Shown here one piece after another: positions 9,503 to 18,773 of a stretch of 64,000 nt of DNA (position 1 is the stretch's first letter; each line of letters opens with the position of its first letter). Source of the stretch: Myxococcota bacterium (GTDB taxonomy: Bacteria > Myxococcota_A > UBA9160 > SZUA-336); NCBI GenBank assembly GCA_965247115.1, contig CBDFGR010000002.1:256001-320000 (forward strand). The letters are read 5' to 3'. Below the pieces are notes generated by a model. The model saw only the letters and a program-made list of their open reading frames with translations, was not told the origin of the DNA and did not search any database. Made by a program: the position numbers and the translations under genes.

Positions 9503-9671
9503 ATCGCACCCCCTTTGGCCGATATCGGTCGCGCGACTGCCGAACTCGGCGCCGCTCCGTCTCGATCTCCGAAACAGACTGACTCCCCGTGCACCATCGG
9601 CAGTCGGCCGCGCCGCCGGTGCGTACCGAGTAGGTCGACTTGCAGAAGTGCGACCGTGCCGTGTACGCCAT
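9495..9671 (-). CDS. Small hypothetical protein (Cys/His motifs)
   Basis: ATG 5 bp after upstream stop, overlaps next start; HFC...CRWC. Confidence 0.4.
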   Translation of the reverse strand: MAYTARSHFCKSTYSVRTGGAADCRWCTGSQSVSEIETERRRVRQSRDRYRPKGVRFV

Positions 9672-9675
9672 TCGA

Positions 9676-10110
9676 TCAGTCCGCCGGCGAGATCTTCTCG
9701 ACCTGGTGCTCGTCGATCCAGTCGGCGACGCCACGCAGTACGTCCCGTGTCCCCTTCGGCCCGGCGTCCGACGTGATCTCGACCTTGCCGATACCCTCGA
9801 CACGACCGGTGAACGTCGCACTACCACCGTTCTTGCGCTGGCTGATGGTCAGCTCCATCCGCTGCATCTGCTGGCCGATGATCGGGACGTCCATCAGGCC
9901 GCCTCCCTCTGAGCGTGGCGCCCAACGAATGCTGTGCACTCGGTCGGCCTCCCGGCCAACGTCCTGAAGCGGTTCTACAAGCGGCGCCCCGCACCTCGGG
10001 TTCTCGCACGTAAACGCTCGATGACTCCGATGCGGCACGCAGTTCCGCTCCAGCCAGTCCACGATCGCGGAATCGCTCATCCGAGGCCGTATCCGCGGCT
10101 TCGCCATCAC
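9676..10110 (-). CDS. Hypothetical phage protein (alternative internal start MDVPIIG with strong RBS)
   Basis: ORF in operon orientation; no recognisable family. Confidence 0.5.
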   Translation of the reverse strand: MMAKPRIRPRMSDSAIVDWLERNCVPHRSHRAFTCENPRCGAPLVEPLQDVGREADRVHSIRWAPRSEGGGLMDVPIIGQQMQRMELTISQRKNGGSATFTGRVEGIGKVEITSDAGPKGTRDVLRGVADWIDEHQVEKISPAD

Positions 10111-10457
10111 TCCAGCCCCGGGATCCGCGCAGCAGGCGATTCCGCTTCTTCTGGCCCTGTTAGGGTCGAACTTGAACCAGATTCGACCCGCTGCGCAGCC
10201 AACTCTCGAAAGTGCTGCGACAGCAGATCGTCCGCGGTCGGAAGAGACACACGCGGCTCCCGATCCACCTCGACGACATCACGAGAAAAAAATTCGCCCT
10301 CGACTGCGGGAGAAAAATTTCCGGCTCAGGGGAGGACAGGGATTCGGCTTGTGGGTGGGTAGAGGGACCCGCGCTCGCGCTAGCTGGGGCCCCACCTTGC
10401 GCGGCCCCCACCCCCTCCGCTCCGGCCAGCGCTGGGGACCTCTCAGCCTCTGTGACG

Positions 10458-10997
10458 TCACAGCTCTGGGCCGCCGTCCTCGCAAGTATCCGAGATCGCT
10501 TGCGTATAAACGTCGCCCCCCGGATTAGGAATCCGGTGAGCATCGGGAGGGGCATACTCGAGCACGAGTTCACGCGCTACCTCGCGCAGCTTGAGGCGCA
10601 GACCATCGGGCAGCTGCGCGCCGTCGAAGCCGGTGATCGGCTCGGCTGTCGCGTCCGACGGTGAGTACGCTGGCAGCTTGCCCCAGCGGCGCTCGACCAG
10701 GTAGATAGCGCACTTACGCGCATCGGTGAGAGTCGGCCACAGCAGTTTGCGCCGCTTCCGGCCCTTGCGATCGCTGTACGTGAGCACGATGCCCTCGCCG
10801 CGCGAGATGCGTTCGAGCATGGCCAGTTGCTCGCGTGCGTCGCCGATCACGCTCTTGACGAGCGCCAGCGCGCCCTTGCGCCGTCCACCGCGCGGATTGC
10901 CGCTTTCTCCAGGCTTGAACTGGTGCGGCCGCAGGTTGGCCATGCTGCGCTCGTTGGCAGCGACCTTCTCGGTGAGGTTTACAGCGCTTTCGTCCAT
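10458..10997 (-). CDS. Terminase small subunit-like protein (DUF5681-type motif)
   Basis: NLRPHQFKPGESGNPRGG motif and YLVERRWGK; first gene of packaging operon. Confidence 0.7.
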   Translation of the reverse strand: MDESAVNLTEKVAANERSMANLRPHQFKPGESGNPRGGRRKGALALVKSVIGDAREQLAMLERISRGEGIVLTYSDRKGRKRRKLLWPTLTDARKCAIYLVERRWGKLPAYSPSDATAEPITGFDGAQLPDGLRLKLREVARELVLEYAPPDAHRIPNPGGDVYTQAISDTCEDGGPEL

Positions 10998-11185
10998 CGG
11001 AGCGACTACTGCCCTCAGCAGTGGGCTGGTTACATGCAAGCCCGTCTCTTCTCGGATGACAAGGGGGATGAGGCTCGAGGGTTACGGTGTTCGCTGGTGT
11101 GCGACGGGGATCGACGCGCGTAAGACGTGAGTGTGGGTTGGGCCGGAGACTCGGAGGGGAGAGGGAAGAGCGTCGGCGAGGGCGG

Positions 11186-11467
11186 GTGACGTCGGATCGT
11201 CCGAGGGCTGAGGTGCTGTCGAATCTGCGCGCGCTGCGGGAGGAGCGAGGGCTCTCGATGGCGGCGGTGTCGCGTCTCGCGTGGCTGAGCTATGAGACGG
11301 TGCAGCGGGTGGAGCTTGGGCAGGTGCTGGCGATGCAGGTGAGCACGCTGGTGCGGGTGGTGGCGGCGGCGCTGCGGTGCAAGCCGGTGGACATCGTGCC
11401 GGGGTTGGGGGCGGTACCTCGGGTGTTGGAGCCTCCGAAGGTACGGCAGCGGCGGCGTGGTCTCTAG
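11186..11467 (+). CDS. XRE-family HTH regulator
   Basis: NLRALREERGLSMAAVSRLAWLSYETVQRVELG; divergent from TerS. Confidence 0.75.
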   Translation: MTSDRPRAEVLSNLRALREERGLSMAAVSRLAWLSYETVQRVELGQVLAMQVSTLVRVVAAALRCKPVDIVPGLGAVPRVLEPPKVRQRRRGL

Positions 11468-12739
11468 GCGGTGGGGCTGGCTCTCGCAACTTCGGGTGGA
11501 ACTCGAGGGGTCGGAGCCCAACTGAGCCGGACCGCTCTTACGGTCTCTGGGGGTCCGCCGGGTGTAGACATACCTGTAGCCTTGTTCGGGCGCGGGGCGG
11601 ATTGGGAGAGATTGCGGGCAGCTATGTCGTGGGATCGGATGCGCTTGAGCGTCGGCCAGTTACGGCACCCCTGCGCCTTGCGGCGCTTCTGAACCTTCGC
11701 TCTTGCGCGATCGGGCCCGAGGCGGCAGCGGCTCTTTGGCGTGGTCCGGGCTTGAGTGAGCCGCGTTCCCGGTCCATAGCGTGCCTGCTCGGGGAGTTCA
11801 CGGGATGACCTGGCGTGGGAGGTCTCCCGGTTGGGTCACCGGCACCCGCGCCGGCCTGATCCATCATCGGAGCTTGTTCGCCTTCCGCCCGTGTTGCTGC
11901 ACGGCTCGCACCGTCCGCCCATCGGGTCGGAACCAGAGAGTCACGCGGACGAGCTGGCCGTGGATCTCGCGCCAGACCGTCCTTTCTCGAGGCCGTCTTG
12001 TCCTCTTCCCCCACGGCGGGGAAGGCTAGCGCGCCTGGCGCTTCGCTGCTCGGCCGAGCGTGCGCCGGGACTTCTGGCGCTTCGCCGCCCGGAGAAGCAC
12101 TCGCCGGACCCACGCGGAGAGGCTGAAGCCGGCGCGGTCGGCAGCCTGGTGGTCGCGCGTCACGCTCCTCAGCGCGTCGTGGGGATCAGCTATCGAGGCG
12201 GTCACGTGCCTGCCCTTCCGGCAGGGCCGAGGCGGCCCGGTGATCGAGCTTCGCTGCACTCTTCGCCATTCCGCATAGTTAGCCGACATATGGAAATATA
12301 TCGATCTCGTGGTACACCAGGGCTGGAAAGGCTTTCGCTCGGTCATCTCCATGGAATGCCTTAGTATGCTAGGTATACAGAAACGGAGCATTCCAGTGAG
12401 CGCTGCATACGAGAAGATCACCGACAAGACGGGCTACTCACTCAGCGTCGGTTCGTTCGTTCGCGCCGATAAGATACCGGGCACCCGATCGCATGTGAAG
12501 CGGGAGGATCGAGCGCCTTGAGGGCAACGTCGTCTGGATCCGGGTAGAGCGGGGCGGAGCTGCGCCCCTTCCAGCCGGAGCGCTCTCGAAGTGCTCACGA
12601 TGAGCGCCAGAAAGACGAAGCGGCCGCTCTGGGCGCGCAGTGCTCGCTCGAGATGCTGTGTTCTCGCAAAAGCCGAGGGCACGACGATGACGACGGCGCT
12701 AGCGCCGGACTGGCTAGGGTCGGAGAGCACACCCTCCCG

Positions 12740-12875
12740 GCTCCCGAAGGGGCGGCTCCACAAGGTCGAATGAGCGACGGCTGCGGCTACGTCGCAGACG
12801 CGTGACCGCGAAATGGCTCGACAGCTATGGCGCGCCGCTATGCCCCTGCGACCGGAGAGCCAATGCGCGACTGTC
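12740..12875 (+). pseudogene. Frameshifted remnant of a Zn-finger C-terminal domain (SprT-like phage protein type)
   Basis: Joining three frames gives RLHKVE-(C)-SDGCGYVA-RVTAKWLDSYGAPLCPC. Confidence 0.45.
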
Positions 12876-13322
12876 GGCCGCTCGAGCTGCTCCCGCGTGA
12901 GGCGTTTGGCCCCGAAAATACAGAAGGGGCTCTCGTGGGGGAGGCGCTCTACGTGACGCTGCGTCCGCGAAGCTTACTGCGGATTCTGCGATCGGTTTCA
13001 CGAGCGCGGGGACGTCATGGTCGTCCCGCGCTTCCGGTTGGGTAGGCGTGGGGGTGCTCCTGAAGGGCGCTATTGCGTGGACTGCTCGGCGGGGATCGAG
13101 CGCGAGGCGAGCGGGATCGTTCCGCGTGGTTGGCCGAGCGTCTCGGGGTTCGATTCGACCAGGGCGCAACGCGCGCCGCAGAACTTCCACCGCCGGCGCT
13201 GGGCGCTGTACCGATGAGCTGCCCGCGCTATCACTGCCCCCCCCCACGCGGCCGCCTTCCGGCGGTCTGGCGGCACGGTGTGAGTGCGGGCGAAAGCTCG
13301 CACACGAACCACACCGGTTGCT

Positions 13323-13643
13323 CTAGCCATCGCCGTACCACGAGGCGAAGTCGTCGAGCCGAATACACACAATCGCGTCGCTCAAGCGATGGCTCTTCCG
13401 CTTGAGCACCGCCAGCGGGAGCTTGGATCCGTTCCGGTCTGACTGTCGAGCTTGATCCAGCGCGTCGATCGAGTCGGCCCAGTGCACGACCTTGCGTAGC
13501 TTGCACTCGATCGCGAAGGCGTCGTGCACGACATCGTCTCTCCCGCCGTCCTTGCTTCCGTAGTCGGGTCCGCGACGATGGCCGCCGAGCTTCTTGGCGA
13601 CGTAGCGCTCGAACTTCTTCCAAGCCGGGTTAGTCGCGCCCAT
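13323..13643 (-). CDS. PD-(D/E)XK nuclease, Holliday junction resolvase-like
   Basis: WKKFERYVAKKLGG...DDVVHDAFAIECK...LPLAVLKR...LDDF. Confidence 0.75.
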   Translation of the reverse strand: MGATNPAWKKFERYVAKKLGGHRRGPDYGSKDGGRDDVVHDAFAIECKLRKVVHWADSIDALDQARQSDRNGSKLPLAVLKRKSHRLSDAIVCIRLDDFASWYGDG

Positions 13644-13763
13644 CGCCACGTAAGCTCAGGGCTCTTGCACTCGGGGAAGGCGAGGAGGACGGTGATTCTT
13701 CGGCGCGCTGCCCCCCAGGATGGCGCGGGGTCCGAGTATTTCTCACCGTCCTCCTCATAAGGT

Positions 13764-14177
13764 TCACGGCAGCGCCTTCGCCCACTCGGGCGTGTACCCG
13801 CGCGCGTATGGATGGTCGCTCCGTTCCGGAGCAAGACGCTTCGTCTTGCTCGCAAGCGGTGACGGGGGCGGTGGTGAGGGATGCATCCGCGCGACCTGTT
13901 GCTGGATGTGCTCTCGGATCGGCTCGGCGATGAGCGCGAGCTCAACGGGCGTTGCTGGGCGACCATCTACGGTTACCTTGCGCTTCCGCCAGTCGATCAT
14001 GGCCGAGCCGAGCGGCAGCAAGTCCTTCCGTGGCGTCGGTCTGCTCGACGCGTTTTGCGTGAACACGATCCGAACGACATCGAGCCTTGCCCCGCTCGCG
14101 ATCTTCCCCCAGTGCTGAAGCACGAGCTCCTTGTCCGGTAGACGGAGCATCACGTGGGCCAGGTGCATCCCGCTCAT
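13764..14177 (-). CDS. Hypothetical phage protein
   Basis: ATGA overlap with upstream gene. Confidence 0.55.
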   Translation of the reverse strand: MSGMHLAHVMLRLPDKELVLQHWGKIASGARLDVVRIVFTQNASSRPTPRKDLLPLGSAMIDWRKRKVTVDGRPATPVELALIAEPIREHIQQQVARMHPSPPPPSPLASKTKRLAPERSDHPYARGYTPEWAKALP

Positions 14178-14491
14178 TCGCGGTTGACGACGGCGCGCTG
14201 CTTCAGGAAGTCTACCGCCCATTTCGGGCACGGCTCCCACTTCTCGGGCGACGAGAGGAACGGCCCCCCGGCGCCCTCGGGCGGGACGACGCCGAGCAGG
14301 CCGTCGCCGACGACGCCGACCGTGTAGCAGAGCACGACGTTCGCTCGCTGCGGTGGCTCCTTCAGCTTGACCTTCTGGCCCTCCTTGAAGTCGGCTGCAT
14401 ATGCCAAGTTCACGACGAGCAAGGCGATGAAGGTCGCGGCGATCGCGAGTAGCACGCTGCGCCAGATCCCATCGAGTAGCTCCTCTTTCAC
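14174..14491 (-). CDS. Hypothetical membrane/secreted protein
   Basis: N-terminal hydrophobic helix; 4-bp overlaps on both sides. Confidence 0.6.
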   Translation of the reverse strand: MKEELLDGIWRSVLLAIAATFIALLVVNLAYAADFKEGQKVKLKEPPQRANVVLCYTVGVVGDGLLGVVPPEGAGGPFLSSPEKWEPCPKWAVDFLKQRAVVNRE

Positions 14492-14793
14492 GACTCATCC
14501 TCCTCCACGCTCGCACCCTGGAACAGCGCGAGCTGCCGCCCGACGTGGTGAAGCTTGATCTCCACGTCGTCGATCGGTTTCGTCTCAAGTTGGATCGACA
14601 CCTTCGAGAACTTGATCGTTACGCCAAGCTCACCTGTGTCCGGGTCCGTCTTGAAGATGCACTTCGGCTTGAACTCGGCGGCGGCCTTGCCGCCCTTGAT
14701 CGAGTCCGAGATCAACGGAAGCTCGGGCAGGAGCTTCGTGTAGATCTCCCCCGAGACCCTTACCGCGAGCTCCTCATGGTGTTTCTGTTGCAC
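14488..14793 (-). CDS. Hypothetical phage protein
   Basis: Start behind AGGAGG; coupled to next gene. Confidence 0.6.
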   Translation of the reverse strand: MQQKHHEELAVRVSGEIYTKLLPELPLISDSIKGGKAAAEFKPKCIFKTDPDTGELGVTIKFSKVSIQLETKPIDDVEIKLHHVGRQLALFQGASVEEDES

Positions 14794-15022
14794 TACTGCG
14801 CTCCTCCTTCTGTACCGAGCGGATCGCCCGCTCGATGGCTTCCTCGTACTCGCGCTGAAGCAGTCCGCGCGCGAGCTGGCTGTGACAACCGAACAGGTTC
14901 TGCCGCGTGCGGTACACCTCAGACGCGACCATCATCGGGACCTGGTCCAAGTGGACATCGCACATGACGACGATGGGATTCCGTGGTGCTCGCTGGCAAC
15001 CCGCTACGCGACACACGCTCAT
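14774..15022 (-). CDS. Small Zn-binding hypothetical protein
   Basis: CRVAGC...MCDVH motif common in small phage ORFs. Confidence 0.55.
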   Translation of the reverse strand: MSVCRVAGCQRAPRNPIVVMCDVHLDQVPMMVASEVYRTRQNLFGCHSQLARGLLQREYEEAIERAIRSVQKEERSSATETP

Positions 15023-15136
15023 AGCAGCCTCGGCTGGTGCGGATCGCTGGATCGAGCTTCGCGCGTCCTCTCTCGATCGTTCATCTCTCTGGGCTCATCC
15101 AACGTCTTAGCCTTAGCCACTGCATTCCCCCCTGAA

Positions 15137-15772
15137 TCAGAGCGTCATTTGCTCTGCTGCTGCTGGCTTTGCGGTCTTTGGCGAATCGAAGCCCAGCGAG
15201 CAGACGTGCCGCTCCCAGACCTCGAGGACATTCATGGGTTGGCGTGTAGTACCGACCAGCATCCATCGTTGCTGATACTGCGGGAGCCACGGGATCTCGC
15301 CGACGGCCTTCTTCGGTGCATAGTGCGCGTGCATCCCGTTCCCGCGCGCGACGACATCCCGGAGCAACGCCCGGTCTCTCTCATCGTCGGTGTAGCGGAG
15401 ACCCTCCGTCGTCGCGATCAAGGATCGAAAACGGTCCTCGACCTGCTCGTACCAGCGATAGAACTGGCTCTTACTCGTGGTGCCGGCGCCGTGGACTCCG
15501 TCGTGCTTCGCGATCGCAAACGCGTAGGCATCGTTGGGGAACGGCTTAAGCATCGGCTGGTCCCGCAGCTCGATGCGTGCAGCGAGCCGTAGGTGCTCGA
15601 GCTCGTAGCCTTCTCGATCCAGCTCCCCTGATCGCAACGCGCGCTCGATGTGCACGAGCTCCTTACGGGTCTCGCGGTGCTGCACGCAACGCGCCATCAT
15701 CGTCCAGCGAGCCTCATCCGGAGCCTTCGCGTCGCTGCTCGACTTCGCGCTTGTACTCGCTGACTCGGTCAT
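15137..15772 (-). CDS. Hypothetical protein downstream of replication initiator
   Basis: 211 aa ORF in operon; no Walker motifs seen. Confidence 0.55.
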   Translation of the reverse strand: MTESASTSAKSSSDAKAPDEARWTMMARCVQHRETRKELVHIERALRSGELDREGYELEHLRLAARIELRDQPMLKPFPNDAYAFAIAKHDGVHGAGTTSKSQFYRWYEQVEDRFRSLIATTEGLRYTDDERDRALLRDVVARGNGMHAHYAPKKAVGEIPWLPQYQQRWMLVGTTRQPMNVLEVWERHVCSLGFDSPKTAKPAAAEQMTL

Positions 15773-16775
15773 CGGTGATCCCCTCAGGTCCTGGCGCCTT
15801 CCTCGAGGCCTCCAGGTACGTATCCACCTTGGCGTCGCGGAACGGTGCATCGAAGGTCAGTGCCTCGCGCGCGTTGAAGTCCCGCGTCACCTTGTCGATC
15901 CCTCCCCAGCTCGCGACACAGCCCCGGACGAGCTCCGAAAGCTGGTCTGGCTTCAGGTCTCGGTTGTGGCGCAGGAAGCGGCCGAGCAGCGCGCGGCGCC
16001 GCGCCGTCACCTCGTAGCGCTTGCCGAACGACGCGAAGGCCTTCTCGATCTCCGGGATCGCGGCCTCGAGCAGCGGATCCGGGGCCCGGTTGCTGCGACC
16101 GTTCGGTTTCCTTTCGAGCCCGGGCAGGCCGGGCGGAGCCCGTGGGGTGTGTGTGTCTTGAGAAAGCGATGGATCAGAGTTCAGAGGCTCGGCTTGGCTA
16201 GGCATGGCATGGCTTGGCATGGTGGTGCGCACAGATGGGTCGTTTGTGCGCACGGACGCTCCTTTTGTGCGCATACCTGCGCTCGCCGTGCGCATAAAGC
16301 CATCGTCTGTGCGCTCGCCGTGCGCATCCATGCGCTCACGCGCGGCGTAGAGCTTCTCGATCTCGGCCCTCTCCGCCTTCGAGACCCGAGTCAGACGAGG
16401 CCGAGAGCCGTCCGCGAAGTAGAGGACGGCGCGGCCGAGCCGCATGTGCACCGAGTCCTCGCAGTGCTCGGACCAGTCATGGAGAAGGAGGCAGTCGCCG
16501 ATCTCGTCAAGCCAGGCGGCTTCGCGGAGTGCCTCCAGGAGCGCGTCGGGTGCGCCGTCCCAGCCGCAGCCATCGGCGATGTCGTCCGGGTCGGTCTTTG
16601 AGAGATCTCCTTCCGGCGCGTAGCGCGCGGAGTACTCCCAGAGCCGCTGCATCAACCCGACGGCGTAGTTGTGCGCGATGGCGAAGCCGACGCCGAGCTC
16701 GGGGCCGAGGAGACGCGCGAGCTTCCGCATCTTCGGGTGCGCCGGCGTGCCTTGCTTCAACCTCTCGCCCCCCAT
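15714..16775 (-). CDS. Phage replication initiator (replisome-organiser type)
   Basis: HPKMRKLARLLG...VGLMQRLW...GDL...IADGCGW...LLHDWSEH N-domain; internal iteron array; position after cro. Confidence 0.75.
   Translation of the reverse strand: MGGERLKQGTPAHPKMRKLARLLGPELGVGFAIAHNYAVGLMQRLWEYSARYAPEGDLSKTDPDDIADGCGWDGAPDALLEALREAAWLDEIGDCLLLHDWSEHCEDSVHMRLGRAVLYFADGSRPRLTRVSKAERAEIEKLYAARERMDAHGERTDDGFMRTASAGMRTKGASVRTNDPSVRTTMPSHAMPSQAEPLNSDPSLSQDTHTPRAPPGLPGLERKPNGRSNRAPDPLLEAAIPEIEKAFASFGKRYEVTARRRALLGRFLRHNRDLKPDQLSELVRGCVASWGGIDKVTRDFNAREALTFDAPFRDAKVDTYLEASRKAPGPEGITDDRVSEYKREVEQRREGSG
16186..16337. repeat. Iteron-like array / putative phage origin
   Basis: Seven GGCWN pentamers at 16186-16220, then (G/A)TGCGC(A/T) at 16225, 16246, 16267, 16288, 16309, 16330 (21-bp period) plus half-phase copies at 16277 and 16320. 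Confidence 0.8.
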
Positions 16776-16966
16776 GGGCTAGTGCGGTGGTGCTGCTATC
16801 TCCCTGCGAACCGGATGCCCGGGGTAGCCGCGTGTACCCGGGGGCAAGCGGAGAGATCTAACGACGCGTGCGAGGTGCCGTCGCGACCTGCGAGAATTGC
16901 TTTCCCCCGCCGCTCGCAGCCGTGTAGGCTTCCCCACAGCGACCCCGACTCCGGGGCGGAATGGAA

Positions 16967-17368
16967 ATGACGTTGCTGCGAGCGCTGGCCGGCCTCCTCG
17001 TGATCTGGACGCTCGTGGCGTACTCCTGCGAGAGACTCGTCGGTCCCACGCCGCTCTCGCGGGTCATGACGTGGCGCCAGGAATCCTCGGATTTCGCCGC
17101 GCTTCGGCGCGCGGTCCTGTTTCGGGCAGAACGGTGTATCGAGGAGGCCCAGTTTACTTCGGAGCAGGTGTGGATGCTGTGTGAGCACGCTCGCGCGGAC
17201 CTCATGATTTACAGCACGTCGATAATGGTTGAGCGAGACGCCCGGGCTCGAAAGGATGGGTCGCGATGCGACCGATCGAGATGCGGTCGACTCGAAATCT
17301 GCATGGAGGCGATCGGCAGCCGTGCGAGTTTCGCCGAGCAGTACACCTGCAAGGACCTCCGTCGGTGA
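16967..17368 (+). CDS. Exported Cys-rich protein, moron-like
   Basis: Signal-like N-terminus ending VAYSC; opposite strand to the surrounding operon. Confidence 0.55.
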   Translation: MTLLRALAGLLVIWTLVAYSCERLVGPTPLSRVMTWRQESSDFAALRRAVLFRAERCIEEAQFTSEQVWMLCEHARADLMIYSTSIMVERDARARKDGSRCDRSRCGRLEICMEAIGSRASFAEQYTCKDLRR

Positions 17369-17475
17369 CAACCGTGCATCCGCAAGAAAAGTTGACACCG
17401 CGCCCACGGACTCAGTAGAAAGATCCGCGCGACACTTGTGGGGCGGTGAATACGGAGCGGTGGATGGAGTGCTTG

Positions 17476-17682
17476 TCACGCCGCGCCTTCGTCCGCGCAG
17501 TTCGCACCGGAGTCGTCGAACTCGCCGAAGACAAGATCGACGGCCTTGATCTCGCCGTTCGAGTCAGCGATCGGCAGGCTCATCTTCACGCTGGGAGTCG
17601 CGTCGCATGTGCTCGGGCGCGAGGTTCGGAATATCGCGGCGGTCTCGCGTGCCGCACATAGACTCGGCAAGATGAAACTCAC
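17476..17682 (-). CDS. Small hypothetical protein
   Basis: 68 aa ORF downstream of cro. Confidence 0.3.
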   Translation of the reverse strand: MSFILPSLCAARETAAIFRTSRPSTCDATPSVKMSLPIADSNGEIKAVDLVFGEFDDSGANCADEGAA

Positions 17683-17769
17683 CGATGACTGAGCGAGCCC
17701 CTCTTGGATCGAACTGTACCGTCCCGATATCCGGAGGTGGATCGAGTCCCTTGGGCACCTGGAGTGACC

Positions 17770-18000
17770 TCACGCGGCTCCCTCTGTGGCGGGTTCGGCG
17801 GCGCTTACGCGGCGTCGCGCGGGAAAGTGGTCCTCTGGCCGGACTTTTCCTCCGGTGGCTGACGTGATTCGGGCCCAAACCCGACCCCGAACGTCGCCTC
17901 CGTTGCAGACCCTGGAGACAGCGCTCTGGTAAATCCCAGAGCGCTTTGCAAAGGCGATCTGAGTCTCGTCTCGCTCAAATAGGTATTGCTCGAGCCGCAT
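17770..18000 (-). CDS. Cro-like HTH regulator
   Basis: MRLEQYL...TQIAFAKRSGIYQSAVSRVCNG...ITSATGGKVRPEDHF; divergent from repressor. Confidence 0.85.
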   Translation of the reverse strand: MRLEQYLFERDETQIAFAKRSGIYQSAVSRVCNGGDVRGRVWARITSATGGKVRPEDHFPARRRVSAAEPATEGAA

Positions 18001-18013
18001 CGGGAAGAGAGTT

Positions 18014-18075
18014 ATCCTTATTTGGCTCAAGCGTCCATCTTTATTTGGCTGGACCTCCGCTATCCAAATCGGGAT
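18014..18075. promoter_or_regulatory. Three operator-like boxes between cro and cI
   Basis: ATCCTTATTTGGCT 18014-27, ATCTTTATTTGGCT 18037-50, inverted ATCCCGATTTGGAT 18062-75. Confidence 0.75.
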
Positions 18076-18108
18076 TCCCGCATTAACCTTTGAGGTCGGG
18101 AGGTTTCG

Positions 18109-18696
18109 ATGACTAAGCGGGGGAAATACGTGCCGTGGAAGCCGCGTCGCGTAGAGTTCGAGATGACCACGGGGAAACGAGCTGGCAACTCTTTGGAGGA
18201 CGTTCTCCGGGATCTAGTCGTCAAGGCGCGCGACGATCTGGGGATGAACCAGAAGGACTTTGCGAAGAATCTCGGGATCAGTCAGTCGGCCTTGAGCAGA
18301 TTCGAGAGCGATGCGCCGAACCAGTCGGGGAATTCTGAGCAGCTCAAATCGTCCGCGTTAACGAGGATTTGCGTTCTTCTCGATGAGAATCCTGTGAACT
18401 TTCTCATCGAACACCCACTGTACGACGGCGCGACGCGTGCCCGCATGACGTTTCCAAAGGACCATCTATACCGCCGCTACAACGCCCAGCTCAAAAACGC
18501 CGAAGCGCTGGGACTGCTTCCAAATCTCAAGCGGGCAAAGGACTTGGGAGTGTTCGAACAGGCGGTCGCTGCCGTCGCCAATGTCGTCGAGGCGGCGGAG
18601 GAATCCCGCGCCACTATGCCACCACTACAGCCACGCCCGGGTCCGCGTGATTCCCATCGTTCACCTAGATCGTCCCAAACTCGCCGATCCTCTTAG
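18109..18696 (+). CDS. CI-like XRE repressor
   Basis: ARDDLGMNQKDFAKNLGISQSALSRFES HTH; no peptidase S24 domain evident. Confidence 0.8.
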   Translation: MTKRGKYVPWKPRRVEFEMTTGKRAGNSLEDVLRDLVVKARDDLGMNQKDFAKNLGISQSALSRFESDAPNQSGNSEQLKSSALTRICVLLDENPVNFLIEHPLYDGATRARMTFPKDHLYRRYNAQLKNAEALGLLPNLKRAKDLGVFEQAVAAVANVVEAAEESRATMPPLQPRPGPRDSHRSPRSSQTRRSS

Positions 18697-18701
18697 GTCA
18701 A

Positions 18702-18738
18702 TTCCTAATTTGGGTTGAATCGATATCCAAATAAGGTT
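18702..18738. promoter_or_regulatory. Two operator-like boxes upstream of the early/recombination operon
   Basis: TTCCTAATTTGGGT 18702-15 and inverted AACCTTATTTGGAT 18725-38, same consensus as the cro-cI boxes. Confidence 0.7.
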
Positions 18739-18773
18739 ACATTTGACCTCCGTCACCTACGACGGAGGCCTCG

